Below, one piece after another: positions 37,248-49,900 of a stretch of 64,000 bases of DNA (position 1 is its first letter; each line of letters begins with the position of its first letter). Below the pieces are notes generated by a model. The model ran no database searches and was not told the origin of the DNA. It saw only the letters and a program-made list of their open reading frames with translations. The position numbers and the translations under genes were made by a program. The stretch is from an uncultured Pelagibacteraceae bacterium (GTDB lineage: Bacteria > Pseudomonadota > Alphaproteobacteria > Pelagibacterales > Pelagibacteraceae), in assembly GCA_902524235.1 (NCBI GenBank), contig CABZCF010000004.1:4788-68787 (forward strand), in the 5' to 3' direction.

Positions 37248-39089
37248 TTAGCTTTCTAAAAAGCTTTTTAGTTGTTTTGATCTGCTAGGGTGCTTCAACT
37301 TTCTTAGGGCTTTTGCCTCTATTTGTCTAATTCTTTCTCTAGTTACAGAAAACTGTAATCCAACCTCTTCTAAAGTATGATCTGTATTCATGCCAACACC
37401 AAACCTCATTCTTAAAACTCTCTCCTCTCTTGGAGTAAGTGTAGACAAGATTTTTGTTGTTGCTTCACTTAGATTTGATTTAATAGCTTGTTCAAGTGGG
37501 GCAAGGGCTTTGGTGTCTTCTATAAAATCTCCTAAGCTACTATCCTCTTCATCTCCTACTGGTTTTTCTAATGAAACTGGCTCTTTAGAGATTTTTAAAA
37601 CTTTTCTAACTTTTTCCAGAGGCATTCTTAATTTTTTAGATAATTCCTCAGGTGTAGCTTCTCTACCAAATTCGCTTAAAATTAACCTTTGTGTTCTTAC
37701 AATTTTATTAATAGTCTCAATCATATGAACTGGTATTCTTATTGTTCGTGCTTGGTCGGCAATTGATCTTGTTATAGCTTGCCTAATCCACCATGTAGCA
37801 TATGTGGAGAATTTATAACCTCTTCTATACTCAAACTTATCAACTGCTTTCATTAATCCTATGTTACCTTCTTGAATTAAATCCAAAAATTGCAATCCCC
37901 GATTAGTATATTTTTTTGCTATAGAAATTACCAATCTTAAGTTGGCTTCCACCATTTCTTTCTTGGCTATTCTTGACTCTTTTTCTCCTTTTTGAACTCT
38001 GCTTACCAATTTTTTAAAATCAGTAACTGAAATTCCTAATTTATTACTAATTTCTATTAATCTTTCTCTTATATTTTTAAATTCAACTTTATTTTTTTGG
38101 AAAAATTTTTTCCATGATTCATTGGTATTTAAAAAATTTTTTAAGTTAGGATTTATTTCGTTGCCAATATAAAACTTAATAAATTCATCTCTTGAAATTT
38201 TATTATCAATAGCTAATCTTAAAAGATTTCCTTCCAAGGACAATATTTTTTTATTTTCAGAATAGTGCTTTTGTACGAGTTCTTCTAAAACCGATGGAGA
38301 AAGCTGTAATGATTTTATATTCTGCAAAATACTATCAACTATATTTTTATAATTTTTATCTTTAGATGAAGAAAATGTTTTAGAATTTAATAAACATTCC
38401 AACTTTTCTTTTTGGTACTTGATAAGTTTATTATATTCTTTTGTTAAATTATGAACTGTTTGTAAAACTTTTGGTTTAATCTCATTTTCCATAGCAGCCA
38501 ATGTTGGATTAAACTCATCATCAGCATTTTCTGTGTTATCACCGTCCTGCTCGTTAGTGTTATTTGTGTCTTTTTCGTCATTTTTTTTTGATTTTTCTGA
38601 ATTAGTCTCATCATCTTCCATATAGTTTGTATCTATATCGATTATCTCTCTAACCATTATCTCATTTTTGTTTAATTTTTCATTCCAATCAAAAAATTGG
38701 TTTGCAGTTAGTGGACTTTGGGATAATGCATTTAACATAACATCTTTTCCTGCTTCTATTCTTTTCGCAATTGCAATTTCACCCTCTCGAGATAATAATT
38801 CCACACCGCCCATCTCTCTAAGATACATTCTAATTGGATCGTCACTTTTCTCTATTGTTTTACCTTCCTCTTTAGAGGTGCTGTCTTTTTTTCTTATTAC
38901 TTTATAATCTGATTTTTTTTCTACTAACGAAATATTTTCATCTAATATGTGAATAAATGCCTGACATAAATTATCTTGAGAAAGATTTCTTTTACCTAAA
39001 GATTTATTTAATTCCTCATGAGTTATAAAACCTCTATGGGTTCCTCTACCCATCAATCTAGCAAATGATTTTGTAATTATTCTTTCCAC
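37248..39089 (-). CDS. rpoD: RNA polymerase sigma factor RpoD
   Basis: [35 protein letters not shown] and TRERIRQIE motifs; GTG start. Confidence 0.99.
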   Translation of the reverse strand: MERIITKSFARLMGRGTHRGFITHEELNKSLGKRNLSQDNLCQAFIHILDENISLVEKKSDYKVIRKKDSTSKEEGKTIEKSDDPIRMYLREMGGVELLSREGEIAIAKRIEAGKDVMLNALSQSPLTANQFFDWNEKLNKNEIMVREIIDIDTNYMEDDETNSEKSKKNDEKDTNNTNEQDGDNTENADDEFNPTLAAMENEIKPKVLQTVHNLTKEYNKLIKYQKEKLECLLNSKTFSSSKDKNYKNIVDSILQNIKSLQLSPSVLEELVQKHYSENKKILSLEGNLLRLAIDNKISRDEFIKFYIGNEINPNLKNFLNTNESWKKFFQKNKVEFKNIRERLIEISNKLGISVTDFKKLVSRVQKGEKESRIAKKEMVEANLRLVISIAKKYTNRGLQFLDLIQEGNIGLMKAVDKFEYRRGYKFSTYATWWIRQAITRSIADQARTIRIPVHMIETINKIVRTQRLILSEFGREATPEELSKKLRMPLEKVRKVLKISKEPVSLEKPVGDEEDSSLGDFIEDTKALAPLEQAIKSNLSEATTKILSTLTPREERVLRMRFGVGMNTDHTLEEVGLQFSVTRERIRQIEAKALRKLKHPSRSKQLKSFLES

Positions 39090-39155
39090 AACAATTTAGT
39101 TTGGAAGACTTATATAATATCTAATAAAAAAAAATCTATTTAAAATTTGACCTAT

Positions 39156-40925
39156 TTAGTTGATTTTTTGCAACTTTTTTAGCTCTTTTAGTTCATTAAA
39201 TGTATTTTCATTAAAATCATTAGAAAATTTTGACTCTAATTCTTTGATTCTCATCTCTAGTTCGAAATTTTTAATATCTCTTCTTATTTCGTTAAAAATT
39301 TCAATCATGTTTGACTCGCTTAATTCGCCTTTATTTAAAATATATTTAATAGATGATGAGTCGAAAATTTTTTCAATTAGCTTGGGATCTAAATTTAACT
39401 CTTCAAAATTTAAAATTTCTTGCTTTCCCAAAGAATTTTTAATTTTTTCAAATATCATTACGTTCTCTTGAGTGAACAATTTTAAATCTTTTAATTGTTC
39501 AGTATTTTCATTGAAAAATTTCAGATTTTTAAGTATTAGACACAAAATTGAAAATTCTTTTACTTCAATAGAAGTTAGAGATTTTGTTTTTTCAAAATGC
39601 TTTTGAGTAATATTTAAAGATTTTTTTCTTTTAAAATAGAAGTTTTTTTCTTTTTTTAAATTTGGTGTTAGCTCAGAAATTTTTTCTAAATAAAATTCTA
39701 ATACATATTTTTTAACAAAACTGTCTTTTATGGAATTTGCTGAATTTCTTAAGTTCTTTTCAAAAACTGCGAGAGAAGTGGGATTATTATCAACTTTTAG
39801 TTTATAACTATTAAATATAAAATCATATATAGAAACTATATTCTCTTCAGAAAATTTCAAAAAATTTGTTTTTCCTTTTTTATTTATAAATGAGTCTGGA
39901 TCATCCTTTTCTGGGAGAAATAAAAAAGATATTTTTTTGTTTGGTTGTAACTCTTTTACCGAGTTCTCTGCCGCCCTTAATGCTGCATTTTTACCACTTG
40001 TATCACCATCAAAACAAATAATTACATGATCAAAATACTGTGTTAAAGTAGTTATTTGTTTATCAGTTAGTGCAGTTCCTAAATTAGCAACAACATTCTC
40101 AACATTGTTTTTAACTAGACCAATTACATCCATATATCCTTCAACTAAATAAATAGAATTTATTTTATTTGATAATTTTCGAGCATTATCTAAGTTAAAT
40201 AAATTTGATCCCTTTTTAAAAAAAAGAGTTTCCGGAGAATTGATATATTTTGCTAAATAATCCTTATCTTCAATTATTCTTCCACCCAAACCTATAAATT
40301 TACCAACTATATTTTTTATTGGAAAAATTAATCTATTTCTAAATCTATCTACAAATATTTTTTTATTTTCATCAAAATAGAACAGGCCACTTTCTTTTAA
40401 AACATCTTCAGTAAATTCTTTTTTTAATTCATCAAATAATTTTGTGTCGAATTCAACAAAGCCTAATTTGAATTGTTCAATTGTTTGCTTGTTTAAATTC
40501 CTTTTAATCAAATAGTTTTTTAACTTTTGATTATTACTTTTAAGTAAATTTTGGTGACTAAAATCTACATACTTAGAAATTACTGTTACATATTCATTGA
40601 ATTTTTTCTCTCGTTCTTCATCCTTTTTTGAAAATAGGTATGGCTGCATACCTGCTAAACTAGCTAATGTTTTGACTGCTTCACCAAACTTTAAATTTTG
40701 GGTTTTCATTAAATAATCAAAAATATTTCCGTGTTCACCTGTGCTAAAGCAATGATAAAATTCTTTTTCATCATTAACAGTAAATGATGGTGTTTTTTCA
40801 TTCTTAAAAGGTGATAGTCCTACAAACTCCTTGCCCCTTTTTTTTAAATTGACTGTTTTTGAAACTACAGTAGATACTTTTACTCTAGCTTTTATCTCAT
40901 CTAAGTACTCTTTTGGATACTTCAT
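39156..40925 (-). CDS. dnaG: DNA primase
   Basis: EKTPSF, KYINSPET, VEGYMD and CFDGD (TOPRIM) motifs. Confidence 0.97.
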   Translation of the reverse strand: MKYPKEYLDEIKARVKVSTVVSKTVNLKKRGKEFVGLSPFKNEKTPSFTVNDEKEFYHCFSTGEHGNIFDYLMKTQNLKFGEAVKTLASLAGMQPYLFSKKDEEREKKFNEYVTVISKYVDFSHQNLLKSNNQKLKNYLIKRNLNKQTIEQFKLGFVEFDTKLFDELKKEFTEDVLKESGLFYFDENKKIFVDRFRNRLIFPIKNIVGKFIGLGGRIIEDKDYLAKYINSPETLFFKKGSNLFNLDNARKLSNKINSIYLVEGYMDVIGLVKNNVENVVANLGTALTDKQITTLTQYFDHVIICFDGDTSGKNAALRAAENSVKELQPNKKISFLFLPEKDDPDSFINKKGKTNFLKFSEENIVSIYDFIFNSYKLKVDNNPTSLAVFEKNLRNSANSIKDSFVKKYVLEFYLEKISELTPNLKKEKNFYFKRKKSLNITQKHFEKTKSLTSIEVKEFSILCLILKNLKFFNENTEQLKDLKLFTQENVMIFEKIKNSLGKQEILNFEELNLDPKLIEKIFDSSSIKYILNKGELSESNMIEIFNEIRRDIKNFELEMRIKELESKFSNDFNENTFNELKELKKLQKIN

Positions 40926-40927
40926 TA

Positions 40928-41404
40928 TTATTTGTTATTTAATAGTTCCTTTAAAATTTTTCCTGCTATTGAAAAGTCAATATTTTCCGAATTTGTTTTT
41001 TTTAATTCACCCATTACCCTTCCCATATCTTTGATGCTTTCTGCTTTTAATTTAGATATTGTTTCTGTACAAATATTTTTAATCTCATCTTCAGTTAATT
41101 GTTTTGGAAGATATGTGGAGAGTATATTTACCTCCTGTTGCTCAATTTCAAGCAAATCATCTCTATTATTTTTTTTATAAACATCAATTGATTCGGATCT
41201 TTGTTTGATCATTTTTTTTAGCAATTTAGAAATATCAGAATCGTCTGTATCTTTTTTATTTGGTCCAGATCGATTTAAAATATCTAAGTCCTTAATGCCA
41301 GATAAAATTAACCTATAAGTTGATATCTTCACCTTATTTTTTGATTTAAGTGCATTTTTATATTCATTTTCGATTTTATCTCTTAGTGACATAAATTTTT
41401 TCAT
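40928..41404 (-). CDS. GatB/YqeY domain protein (start probably at 41392, MSLRDK)
   Basis: KMIKQRSES, YLPKQL and KDMGRVMG motifs. Confidence 0.92.
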   Translation of the reverse strand: MKKFMSLRDKIENEYKNALKSKNKVKISTYRLILSGIKDLDILNRSGPNKKDTDDSDISKLLKKMIKQRSESIDVYKKNNRDDLLEIEQQEVNILSTYLPKQLTEDEIKNICTETISKLKAESIKDMGRVMGELKKTNSENIDFSIAGKILKELLNNK

Positions 41405-41521
41405 TAACTTATTCGAAAGTTAAAATTATTCAAAAACAAAAATTGTTTTTTTTTAAATTGTTATACATCTCTTGCGAAAATTAGGGTTTTATTGTAATAA
41501 CCTTTAACTCATGAGTTGTAA

Positions 41522-42715
41522 TTGAAAAAAAAACAAAAAGATTATTTCAATAAAAACAATCAATTTAAAAAAGGCATTTTAGTTCTTGATAATAAGACTA
41601 TTTTTAAAGGAATAGGCCTTGGTTATAATGGTACAACAACAGGAGAAGTATGTTTCAATACTTCTTTAACAGGATATCAAGAGATTATATCTGACCCATC
41701 ATACGCTGGTCAAATCATAAACTTTACATTTCCTCATATTGGAAATGTTGGGGCCAACAAAGAAGACATGGAATCAGACAAAATCTGGACTAGAGGTGTA
41801 ATATTTAACTCCGAAATTACAAATCCATCCAATTATAGATCATTAATAAATCTAGACCTATGGTTAAAAAAAAATAAAGTTGTAGGTCTTACAGGTGTTG
41901 ATACTCGGAGTTTAACAAACTTTATAAGGGATAAGGGTGCTCCTAAAGGGACGTTATCTGTTAGTAAAAACGGGATTTTCAATATCAAAAAGTTAATAAA
42001 TAAATCAATAAAATGGCATGGGTTAAATGGTTTAGACCTTGCAAAAGAAGTTACAACTAAAAAGAATTATACTTGGAAAGGTTTAAAAACTTGGAAAAAA
42101 GGTGTTGGTTTTAAAAAATCTTTGAAAAATAAATTAAGAGTAGTCGCAATAGACTTTGGGATTAAAAAGAATATCCTGAGATACTTTTCGGATTATAACT
42201 GCGAAGTAAAAGTAGTTTCATGTAATTTGTCCTCAAAAAAAATAATTGAATTAAAGCCACATGGTGTTTTTTTATCTAATGGACCTGGTGACCCTGCAGC
42301 TACTGGTAAATATGCGATTCCGGTTATTAGAGAACTAATAAAAAAAAATATTCCTATCTTTGGTATTTGTTTAGGACATCAGCTACTAGGGTTAGCATTA
42401 AATGCAAAAACAAGAAAAATGAAATTAGGTCATAGAGGTGCCAATCATCCTGTAAAAAATTATTTAACTGGAAAAGTTGAAATAACAAGTCAAAATCATG
42501 GATTTGAGGTGGTTGAAAGTAGCTTGCCTAGAAATGTAAAAATAACCCACAAGTCTTTATTTGATAATTCTATTGAAGGGTTAAGATTAGTAAACAAGTC
42601 TGTTTTTTCAGTTCAATATCATCCTGAAGCAAATCCCGGACCACAAGATAGCAAATACTTATTTAATGATTTTATAAAAGAAATTAAAAAATATGCCAAA
42701 AAGAAAAGACATTAA
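41522..42715 (+). CDS. carA: Carbamoyl-phosphate synthase small subunit
   Basis: [21 protein letters not shown] and QYHPE motifs. Confidence 0.98.
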   Translation: MKKKQKDYFNKNNQFKKGILVLDNKTIFKGIGLGYNGTTTGEVCFNTSLTGYQEIISDPSYAGQIINFTFPHIGNVGANKEDMESDKIWTRGVIFNSEITNPSNYRSLINLDLWLKKNKVVGLTGVDTRSLTNFIRDKGAPKGTLSVSKNGIFNIKKLINKSIKWHGLNGLDLAKEVTTKKNYTWKGLKTWKKGVGFKKSLKNKLRVVAIDFGIKKNILRYFSDYNCEVKVVSCNLSSKKIIELKPHGVFLSNGPGDPAATGKYAIPVIRELIKKNIPIFGICLGHQLLGLALNAKTRKMKLGHRGANHPVKNYLTGKVEITSQNHGFEVVESSLPRNVKITHKSLFDNSIEGLRLVNKSVFSVQYHPEANPGPQDSKYLFNDFIKEIKKYAKKKRH

Positions 42716-45700
42716 AAAAATTTTGGTCATTGGGGCTGGTCCAATAATTATTGGTCAAGCATGTGAATTTGATTATTCGGGTACACAAGCTTGTAAGGCT
42801 TTAAAGGACGAGGGTTATAAAGTAATTTTAATTAATTCAAATCCAGCAACTATCATGACAGATCCGGGGGTGGCTGACAAAACTTATATAGAACCAATTA
42901 CTCTTGAAGTGCTTGAGGAAATATTAAAAAAAGAAAAACCCGATGCAATTTTGCCTACTATGGGTGGTCAAACTGCTCTGAATTTAGCAATAAAAGCTGA
43001 AAAAACAGGTCTACTTAAAAAGTATAAGATTGAATTAATCGGAGCAAAGTCAAAGGCAATAGCAAATGCAGAAGATAGAAAAAGATTTAGAAAGAATATG
43101 GCAGAGATTGGAATTGATCTGCCAAAATCAGAAATTATAAACAAATTTTCTGATGCATCTAAGTGCTTAAAAAAAATAGGACTCCCTGCAATTATAAGAC
43201 CCTCTTTTACTTTAGGAGGTTTAGGAGGGGGAATAGCAAAAAATAAAAAAGATTTTTTTAAAATAGTAAAAGAAGGAATGCATGAGTCTCCTCAAAATCA
43301 AGTTTTGGTCGAGGAATGTCTTGAGGGTTGGAAAGAATACGAAATGGAGGTAGTTAGAGACAGAAAAGATAATTGTATTATTGTTTGTTCAATAGAAAAT
43401 GTTGATCCAATGGGTATACATACTGGAGACTCTGTAACAATTGCTCCCGCTTTAACCTTAACAGATAAAGAATATCAAGTAATGAGAAATGCATCGATAG
43501 CTTGCCTTAGAAAAATCGGTGTTGAAACAGGCGGGTCTAATGTTCAATTCGCAATCAATCCAAAAAATGGAAGAATGGTGATTATTGAAATGAACCCAAG
43601 AGTCTCTAGGTCTTCTGCTTTGGCTTCTAAAGCCACAGGATTTCCCATAGCAAAAATAGCTGCAAAGTTGGCAGTTGGTTATACTTTAGATGAACTAAAC
43701 AACGAAATTACAAAAGTTACACCAGCTTCTTTTGAGCCTACGATAGACTACATAGTTACGAAAATTCCAAGGTTCACATTTGAAAAGTTTAGTGAAACAA
43801 AAGCAATATTGGGCACATCAATGAGATCTGTGGGCGAAGCAATGGCCATTGGAAGAAATTTTAAAGAATCTCTTCAAAAAGCTTTGGTTTCTTTAGAAAT
43901 AGGATTGTCTGGATTAGATGACATATTTAATTATAAAAAAACAGATATTTTAAGAGAGTTAAAAAAAAATATACCAAATAAACTACTATTAGTTGCTGAG
44001 GCATTTAGAAAAAATATTTCAATTAATAAAATACAGTCACTTTCGAAAATTGATCCTTGGTTTTTAAGTCAAATAAAAGAATTAGTTGATGAAGAAAACA
44101 TTTTAAGAAAAAGAGGATTACCAAAATCATTTGGTGAATTTAATAGAATTAAATCAATTGGTTTTTCTGATAAGAAATTATCAAAATTAACAGGCATAAA
44201 AGAAAGTTTTGTTAAATCAAAAAGAAAAGCTTTAAAAGTCTTTCCAGTTTTTAAAAAAGTTGACACTTGTGCTGCTGAATTTAAATCTTTTACACCTTAT
44301 ATGTATTCAACTTATCAAAGAAATTTTTCTTTTAAAACGGAATGTGAGGCTAATCCATCTAATAAGAAAAAAATTATCATCATTGGAGGTGGTCCAAATC
44401 GTATTGGTCAAGGAATAGAATTTGATTATTGTTGTTGTCAAGCTAGCTACTCTCTTAAGGAGGCGGGTTATGAAACTATAATGATAAATTGTAATCCAGA
44501 AACAGTTTCAACTGATTACGATACAAGTGATAGATTATACTTTGAACCATTAATTGAGGAATATGTTGAAAACATAATACTAAAAGAAAGATCAAAAGGT
44601 AATCTATTGGGAATAATCGCACAATTTGGAGGTCAAACTCCTATTAAACTTGCTAAGTTTTTAAGCGATAACTCCCTACCAATTTTAGGAACACAATATA
44701 AATCAATTGATCTTGCAGAGGATAGAGATCAATTTAGAGAATTATTAATTAAATTAAATTTAAAACAAGCAGAGAGCGGTATAGCAAATAATTATACTAA
44801 GGCTATGAAAATGGCAGAAAAAATTGGATTACCTTTAATTGTAAGACCATCTTATGTGCTAGGTGGAAGAGCAATGGAAATAGTTTACGAAGAAAAACAA
44901 TTAGATAATTTCATTAAAGAAGCTTTTAAAGTCTCTGAAGAGAATCCAATCTTAATAGACAAATTTATCGATAATGCAATGGAGGTAGATGTTGATGCAA
45001 TTTCTGATGGAAAAGAAGTTTATGTTGCAGGTATAATGCAACATATCGAAGAGGCAGGAATTCACTCTGGAGACTCTGCTTGTTGTTTACCCCCAATATC
45101 TATTAAAGAAAATTTATTAAGAGAACTAAAAATTCAAACTAGAAAATTAGCCCTATCTTTGAAAGTCATAGGATTTTTAAATATACAATTTGCAATTAAA
45201 AATGATCAAATATACGTCATTGAGGTAAATCCTAGAGCAAGTAGAACTGTTCCATTCGTATCCAAGGCTAATGGTGAGCCTTTAGCTAAAATTGCATCTA
45301 GAGTTATGGCTGGGGAAAAGCTTACAAAATACAAACTTAAGTATAAAACTAATAAGGTGTTTGCCGTCAAAGAAGCTGTATTTCCTTTTAATAAGTTTCC
45401 TGATAGCGATGTTTTGCTTGGACCAGAAATGAAATCTACAGGTGAAGTGATGGGCTTTGATCGTGATTTTGGAATGGCGTTTGCAAAAAGCCAAATAGCA
45501 TCTTCTAATTTGCTACCTACCAAGGGAATGGCATTTCTTTCGGTAAAAAATTCTCATAAGCAAGAAGTTATCAACCTTGCAAAAAAATTAAAAAATATAG
45601 GTTTCACACTTTCTGGAACAAAAGGCACAGCCGAAGCTTTGAAAAGAAATGGAATGAAATGTAAAACAATTAATAAAGTGAGTAGCGGAAAACCACATAT

Positions 45701-45917
45701 AGTTGATATTTTAAATTCAAATAAAATTTCGTTAGTAATAAATACAGGAGGAGGTAACAGTGAAACTAGAGTAAGTGACGCCAAAGCTTTAAGAAGAGCA
45801 ACATTAATAAATAAGGTCCCTTATTGTACAAATATGTCTACTGCTTACGCATGCATTAAAGGGATAGAAGCCCTTAAGACTAAAAAGCTAAGAGTGACTT
45901 CTCTACAAGATAATTAA
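42693..45917 (+). CDS. carB: Carbamoyl-phosphate synthase large subunit
   Basis: [17 protein letters not shown], two ATP-grasp repeats and an MGS domain. Confidence 0.99.
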   Translation: MPKRKDIKKILVIGAGPIIIGQACEFDYSGTQACKALKDEGYKVILINSNPATIMTDPGVADKTYIEPITLEVLEEILKKEKPDAILPTMGGQTALNLAIKAEKTGLLKKYKIELIGAKSKAIANAEDRKRFRKNMAEIGIDLPKSEIINKFSDASKCLKKIGLPAIIRPSFTLGGLGGGIAKNKKDFFKIVKEGMHESPQNQVLVEECLEGWKEYEMEVVRDRKDNCIIVCSIENVDPMGIHTGDSVTIAPALTLTDKEYQVMRNASIACLRKIGVETGGSNVQFAINPKNGRMVIIEMNPRVSRSSALASKATGFPIAKIAAKLAVGYTLDELNNEITKVTPASFEPTIDYIVTKIPRFTFEKFSETKAILGTSMRSVGEAMAIGRNFKESLQKALVSLEIGLSGLDDIFNYKKTDILRELKKNIPNKLLLVAEAFRKNISINKIQSLSKIDPWFLSQIKELVDEENILRKRGLPKSFGEFNRIKSIGFSDKKLSKLTGIKESFVKSKRKALKVFPVFKKVDTCAAEFKSFTPYMYSTYQRNFSFKTECEANPSNKKKIIIIGGGPNRIGQGIEFDYCCCQASYSLKEAGYETIMINCNPETVSTDYDTSDRLYFEPLIEEYVENIILKERSKGNLLGIIAQFGGQTPIKLAKFLSDNSLPILGTQYKSIDLAEDRDQFRELLIKLNLKQAESGIANNYTKAMKMAEKIGLPLIVRPSYVLGGRAMEIVYEEKQLDNFIKEAFKVSEENPILIDKFIDNAMEVDVDAISDGKEVYVAGIMQHIEEAGIHSGDSACCLPPISIKENLLRELKIQTRKLALSLKVIGFLNIQFAIKNDQIYVIEVNPRASRTVPFVSKANGEPLAKIASRVMAGEKLTKYKLKYKTNKVFAVKEAVFPFNKFPDSDVLLGPEMKSTGEVMGFDRDFGMAFAKSQIASSNLLPTKGMAFLSVKNSHKQEVINLAKKLKNIGFTLSGTKGTAEALKRNGMKCKTINKVSSGKPHIVDILNSNKISLVINTGGGNSETRVSDAKALRRATLINKVPYCTNMSTAYACIKGIEALKTKKLRVTSLQDN

Positions 45918-48241
45918 AAGGTAGACTTTAAATTGATATTCGCCTGTTGATAGCTAAATGGATTTTCTAATTCATTTTCTAAATAAAAGGATAACAAAAT
46001 ATTTTTAATATTTTTTTTAATGTTTAGATTTGTCTGCAGATTTTCGGATCCCTTAATTGAATAAGAAGTTAGTGTGCCATTTTCTGGTAAGTGACCAATA
46101 GTAAAATAAATATTGTGTGTAAATCCATAATTCAGTTTTCGATTTTGCTCATACATTACAAATAACTCATATGGACCAACATTTGCATCTAAACCAATCT
46201 CTGCATTAATAATATGATTGAGGCCAGCGCTACTGTTTGGGGATAAATCAGTACTATATTTGCTACTCGGATCAGATATGTAGGAGTATTCAATATCTGG
46301 TTTGATTAAAAATTCTGTTTGATATTCAATTTTGGCCCTACTTTTTACGATATATTTTTCATCTTTTAAATCTTTGAAGTAGCCAAGTGATGCTCTCATA
46401 TTCCCTGAAGTAATATTTTGGTCCTCAAATCTAATCCCACCAGATCCATCTCCATTTACTTTTCTTTCTTGATAAGCATCAAATTTTGTATGGCCCAAAT
46501 CAAATTGGGCTGCAGGCACAACGGTATATCTATCTCTCTCAATGTGATCAGAGTTTTTAATTGTCATATAAATTTGTTTTCCTAGCCTATTTTTATTACG
46601 AAATTCTAAATTATCTACCACGGAAAATATGTCTGACTCAATTAAACCAACACCAAATATTGTATCCAAAAAAGATGTTTCATTATCCCTTTGGAAGGTT
46701 CTGTAATATGTAAAGTTGTAGGTGTGAGAGTCAATTTTGTTACCATTTGAACCTACATCAATATTATCTACACCAAATCTTAATGCTATTCCCTCTAAAC
46801 CTTTATTTTTTGTAACTTTATCTGCACCATAAGTTATTGATGTTACATTAATATCTTTATGTGAAGCTAAACTAGTTTCACCATCTCTTCCAAAAGAGAT
46901 ATTTCCTTCGCTCCAATAAAATATTTCTTTATTGTAATTTTTGCTTTTTTTAGCATTATTCGTGCTAATACGTTTAACATTCGGTTTTAAAGCTTCTGAA
47001 AGAATACCAAACTTAGCGTCAGAAAAATGAAAATTCATTTTTAAATTTGTTAAATCTTGTTTGTCTTTATGTCTTCTGATCCACTTAAGTCTATTTAATG
47101 TTGATTTAGTTGAATAATCAATTGTTCTTTTTGCGAGCTCAATTTTAGCCTCCGCCATAGCTGTTCTATCTTTATCAATAGTGATATCAGGGCACTTTCC
47201 CTCAATAATATTGAAGGGACAAACAAGATCAAACTCATAGATTGTTTCTGTTGTTGCATCTCGGCTCTGATCATCGGATACAAACATTTTTAAACCCTTA
47301 GCACTAAATCCAACTGCTCTTCCTTGTAGGAGAGATCTACCTGGGACTAAATCATTTAAATTTACCGCTCCATCTAAGTTAAAATTTGCCGTATTGTATG
47401 GTGAAGATAACGAATATTGTTCAACTGTTGAATTACTAAAATTTGTTCCGTGATAAACTATAAATATTCTTTTTCCATCTGCACTTAAAGAAAGAGCATC
47501 AGGATTCGAGGAAGGTGTAGAATTTGGCAGAAGAATTCCCGCACTATCAACATGGGTTAGAGTGCTTATGTCATAAGGTGTTGAAAGGCTAAATTCTCTG
47601 ATACTACTTTTGCCAGCTATGACATTAGTAGCATTAAAGCTTATAAATATTTTTGTTCCATCGGGGTTAATGGTTACACCTTGTGCATGATGTCTTTTAT
47701 GATTAGTTCCAATAGATCCAGATCTCCAACCATTAAGAGCCTCTGAAGCATCCGGATCTTTTTCTTGAGCCAGTGTACAAGTCGAAACATCAAAAGGTTT
47801 AGTTAAATCATATCTCCACAAGGCATCATTATCTGAATTACTTGACCCTCTGTTAATAAGAAATATATGAAGTCCATTACTACTAAAAACCATATCTCCT
47901 GTCTGATTTGGTTCTTCCTCGTATGCTTCCTCTGACCAACCATTAGCTAAATTACATCGCTCACTATCACCTGCATAAGTATGTGTAGAAATATCAAACG
48001 GTGTTGAAAGATCGTACTCGTTAATAAAATCAATATCACCGTCACCCTGATAAACTGTGAACATTTTCGTTCCATCAGAATTAAATTCTATACCATTTAA
48101 AGTAAAAGACTTAGTGCCATCTTGAAAAGTTTGATCATCAACATGAGTTACCATTGATGCAACAGAATTAGAAAAAGGAGTAAATAGACAAATAATAATA
48201 ATGATTGAGCCGAAAAGTATTTTAGTAAATTTCAGAAACAT
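45914..48241 (-). CDS. Autotransporter-like outer membrane protein with beta-propeller passenger
   Basis: Signal peptide; repeated F(N/S)xDGxK(M/I)F...Y(D/S)L(S/T)xP(F/Y)D blades; beta-strand-rich C-terminal region (YWSEG, ITYGAD) ending in Phe. Confidence 0.75.
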   Translation of the reverse strand: MFLKFTKILFGSIIIIICLFTPFSNSVASMVTHVDDQTFQDGTKSFTLNGIEFNSDGTKMFTVYQGDGDIDFINEYDLSTPFDISTHTYAGDSERCNLANGWSEEAYEEEPNQTGDMVFSSNGLHIFLINRGSSNSDNDALWRYDLTKPFDVSTCTLAQEKDPDASEALNGWRSGSIGTNHKRHHAQGVTINPDGTKIFISFNATNVIAGKSSIREFSLSTPYDISTLTHVDSAGILLPNSTPSSNPDALSLSADGKRIFIVYHGTNFSNSTVEQYSLSSPYNTANFNLDGAVNLNDLVPGRSLLQGRAVGFSAKGLKMFVSDDQSRDATTETIYEFDLVCPFNIIEGKCPDITIDKDRTAMAEAKIELAKRTIDYSTKSTLNRLKWIRRHKDKQDLTNLKMNFHFSDAKFGILSEALKPNVKRISTNNAKKSKNYNKEIFYWSEGNISFGRDGETSLASHKDINVTSITYGADKVTKNKGLEGIALRFGVDNIDVGSNGNKIDSHTYNFTYYRTFQRDNETSFLDTIFGVGLIESDIFSVVDNLEFRNKNRLGKQIYMTIKNSDHIERDRYTVVPAAQFDLGHTKFDAYQERKVNGDGSGGIRFEDQNITSGNMRASLGYFKDLKDEKYIVKSRAKIEYQTEFLIKPDIEYSYISDPSSKYSTDLSPNSSAGLNHIINAEIGLDANVGPYELFVMYEQNRKLNYGFTHNIYFTIGHLPENGTLTSYSIKGSENLQTNLNIKKNIKNILLSFYLENELENPFSYQQANINLKSTF

Positions 48242-48284
48242 TAAATTTTAGTTTTTATCATTATTTTTCAATAATTAACTAAAG

Positions 48285-48947
48285 TTAGAAAACCTTCCAA
48301 TCTGTTTGAAAGGTTACATAATTTACTTGGAGACATCTTCTTTCTTTGACAATTTCTTTTTTTTCCATGCCGTGCCAAGTATTCGGTCCACTTGAAAAGA
48401 AATACCCATAATTATGCTTATAAGGAACCGTTTTGACTTTATTCAGATTATCATCATAAAAATCTGTGCCTAAAGTTTCGCTTTCATTTTCATTGTTCAC
48501 AAATAACAAACATGAAAGTAATTTTTCTTTAATGTCACAATGAGGTTTTAGCCAAAATCCTTTCCTGTCACAGATAACTTCAACTCTCACATATGAATTT
48601 GACAAATCTTTATTAATTAGTTCTGATATTTTTGAGTGTGTTTCCTTTTGCTGTAATTCATTAATAAAATTTGAAAGTCCTGGAAAATCTTTAGAATTTT
48701 CTTTGGTCACAAAACATCTAAACTTTAAGGCTTTTCCGCCTGTGCTAATTCCTTCTCTAAATTTACCTTCTCCACCATCAATTGCTCTTGTCCCGTCATA
48801 TACTAATTTGTGTTCATTTGGATTTGCAATATCTGCTTTTATAATCTCATTGATCGCCTCCTCTGATAATGGATTGTTTAATTCCCAATGAGGAAACGGT
48901 TTATCAAATTTATTTGAATTACTTGTTAATGAATTTAAAAAAGACAT
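48285..48947 (-). CDS. 2OG-Fe(II) oxygenase
   Basis: HxD (PHCD), distal His (TWHG) and Arg (RRCLQVNY). Confidence 0.85.
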   Translation of the reverse strand: MSFLNSLTSNSNKFDKPFPHWELNNPLSEEAINEIIKADIANPNEHKLVYDGTRAIDGGEGKFREGISTGGKALKFRCFVTKENSKDFPGLSNFINELQQKETHSKISELINKDLSNSYVRVEVICDRKGFWLKPHCDIKEKLLSCLLFVNNENESETLGTDFYDDNLNKVKTVPYKHNYGYFFSSGPNTWHGMEKKEIVKERRCLQVNYVTFQTDWKVF

Positions 48948-49880
48948 TTATTTTAATTTAATTAATTTTGATACTCTATTTGCTTCATCTAGCTTTTCAT
49001 AGCTCCAAGTTTCTAATTTGTCATCTAGTTTTCTTAATATATTCAAATTTTCAAATAATTTTCTAAATTCTTTAAATCTTTTATCATTTCTTTTAGTTTC
49101 TATAATTGCGACATAAACCGGTTTTCCTGTTAATGCAGCTTCAGAGATCATTGAACTTGAGTCACATGTAACAACAATATATTTAGCTAAAGATAGTGCC
49201 GATAAATAGGCTTTTTTATCTACAGTTTCTATAATAGTTGTATCGTTCGTAAGCTCTGACTTTGCCAATGAGACTGTTTCCATAGGTGTTCTATTCGAGG
49301 GTATAACAATTAAATGGAGATTATTTTTTTCTGTTAAGTTATTTATTTTAGTAAATATAGATTTAATATTTTGAGTTGAATAATCATAATATTTTGTGGG
49401 TCCGCCCAAAATTAATGTTAAAATGTCTTTTTTTGTGTTTGTTTCATTTTGTAAGTAATCTTTAGATTTTTCTATTTCTTCAATTGTCAAATAATGTAGT
49501 GCACCTTTAGAAGAAATAACATTTTTACCCGATATTTCGTCGTGCTCAGGTGCGATTATATAATTAAAATTGTTAAAGGAAACTTTAGGATTTTGTATAT
49601 GTATATTTATAATTTTTTTTTTTGAATTTTTTTTTAGATAAATTGATGGAACAACACTTTTTCTTCCGCAAGATATAATTATATCAAATTCATTCTCGAT
49701 GTTGTTTTTAAAAACATACTTTTTAACAGGAGTTAAAGACGGGGGAATCAATTTCCAAAAACTATTCAATTCAATTTTCTCGTGAAAATATTCTAGGTTT
49801 AATGCTTTAGCCAAACCTTCTACTTGGCTAATCATTCCGTGTAATCCTTCGGTTAATAATAACCCTTTTAATTTACTCAT
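48948..49880 (-). CDS. ELM1 (mitochondrial fission)-family protein
   Basis: GMISQVEGLA, IAPEHD, ILGGP and VTCDSSSMISEA motifs. Confidence 0.88.
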   Translation of the reverse strand: MSKLKGLLLTEGLHGMISQVEGLAKALNLEYFHEKIELNSFWKLIPPSLTPVKKYVFKNNIENEFDIIISCGRKSVVPSIYLKKNSKKKIINIHIQNPKVSFNNFNYIIAPEHDEISGKNVISSKGALHYLTIEEIEKSKDYLQNETNTKKDILTLILGGPTKYYDYSTQNIKSIFTKINNLTEKNNLHLIVIPSNRTPMETVSLAKSELTNDTTIIETVDKKAYLSALSLAKYIVVTCDSSSMISEAALTGKPVYVAIIETKRNDKRFKEFRKLFENLNILRKLDDKLETWSYEKLDEANRVSKLIKLK

Positions 49881-49900
49881 TTATCACTATATAAACTTGT

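Noticed and set aside
40780-40830. DnaG zinc-binding region reading GLSPFKNEK instead of CPFH
   Set aside because: Such degenerate variants are common in alphaproteobacterial primases; the rest of the protein is normal.
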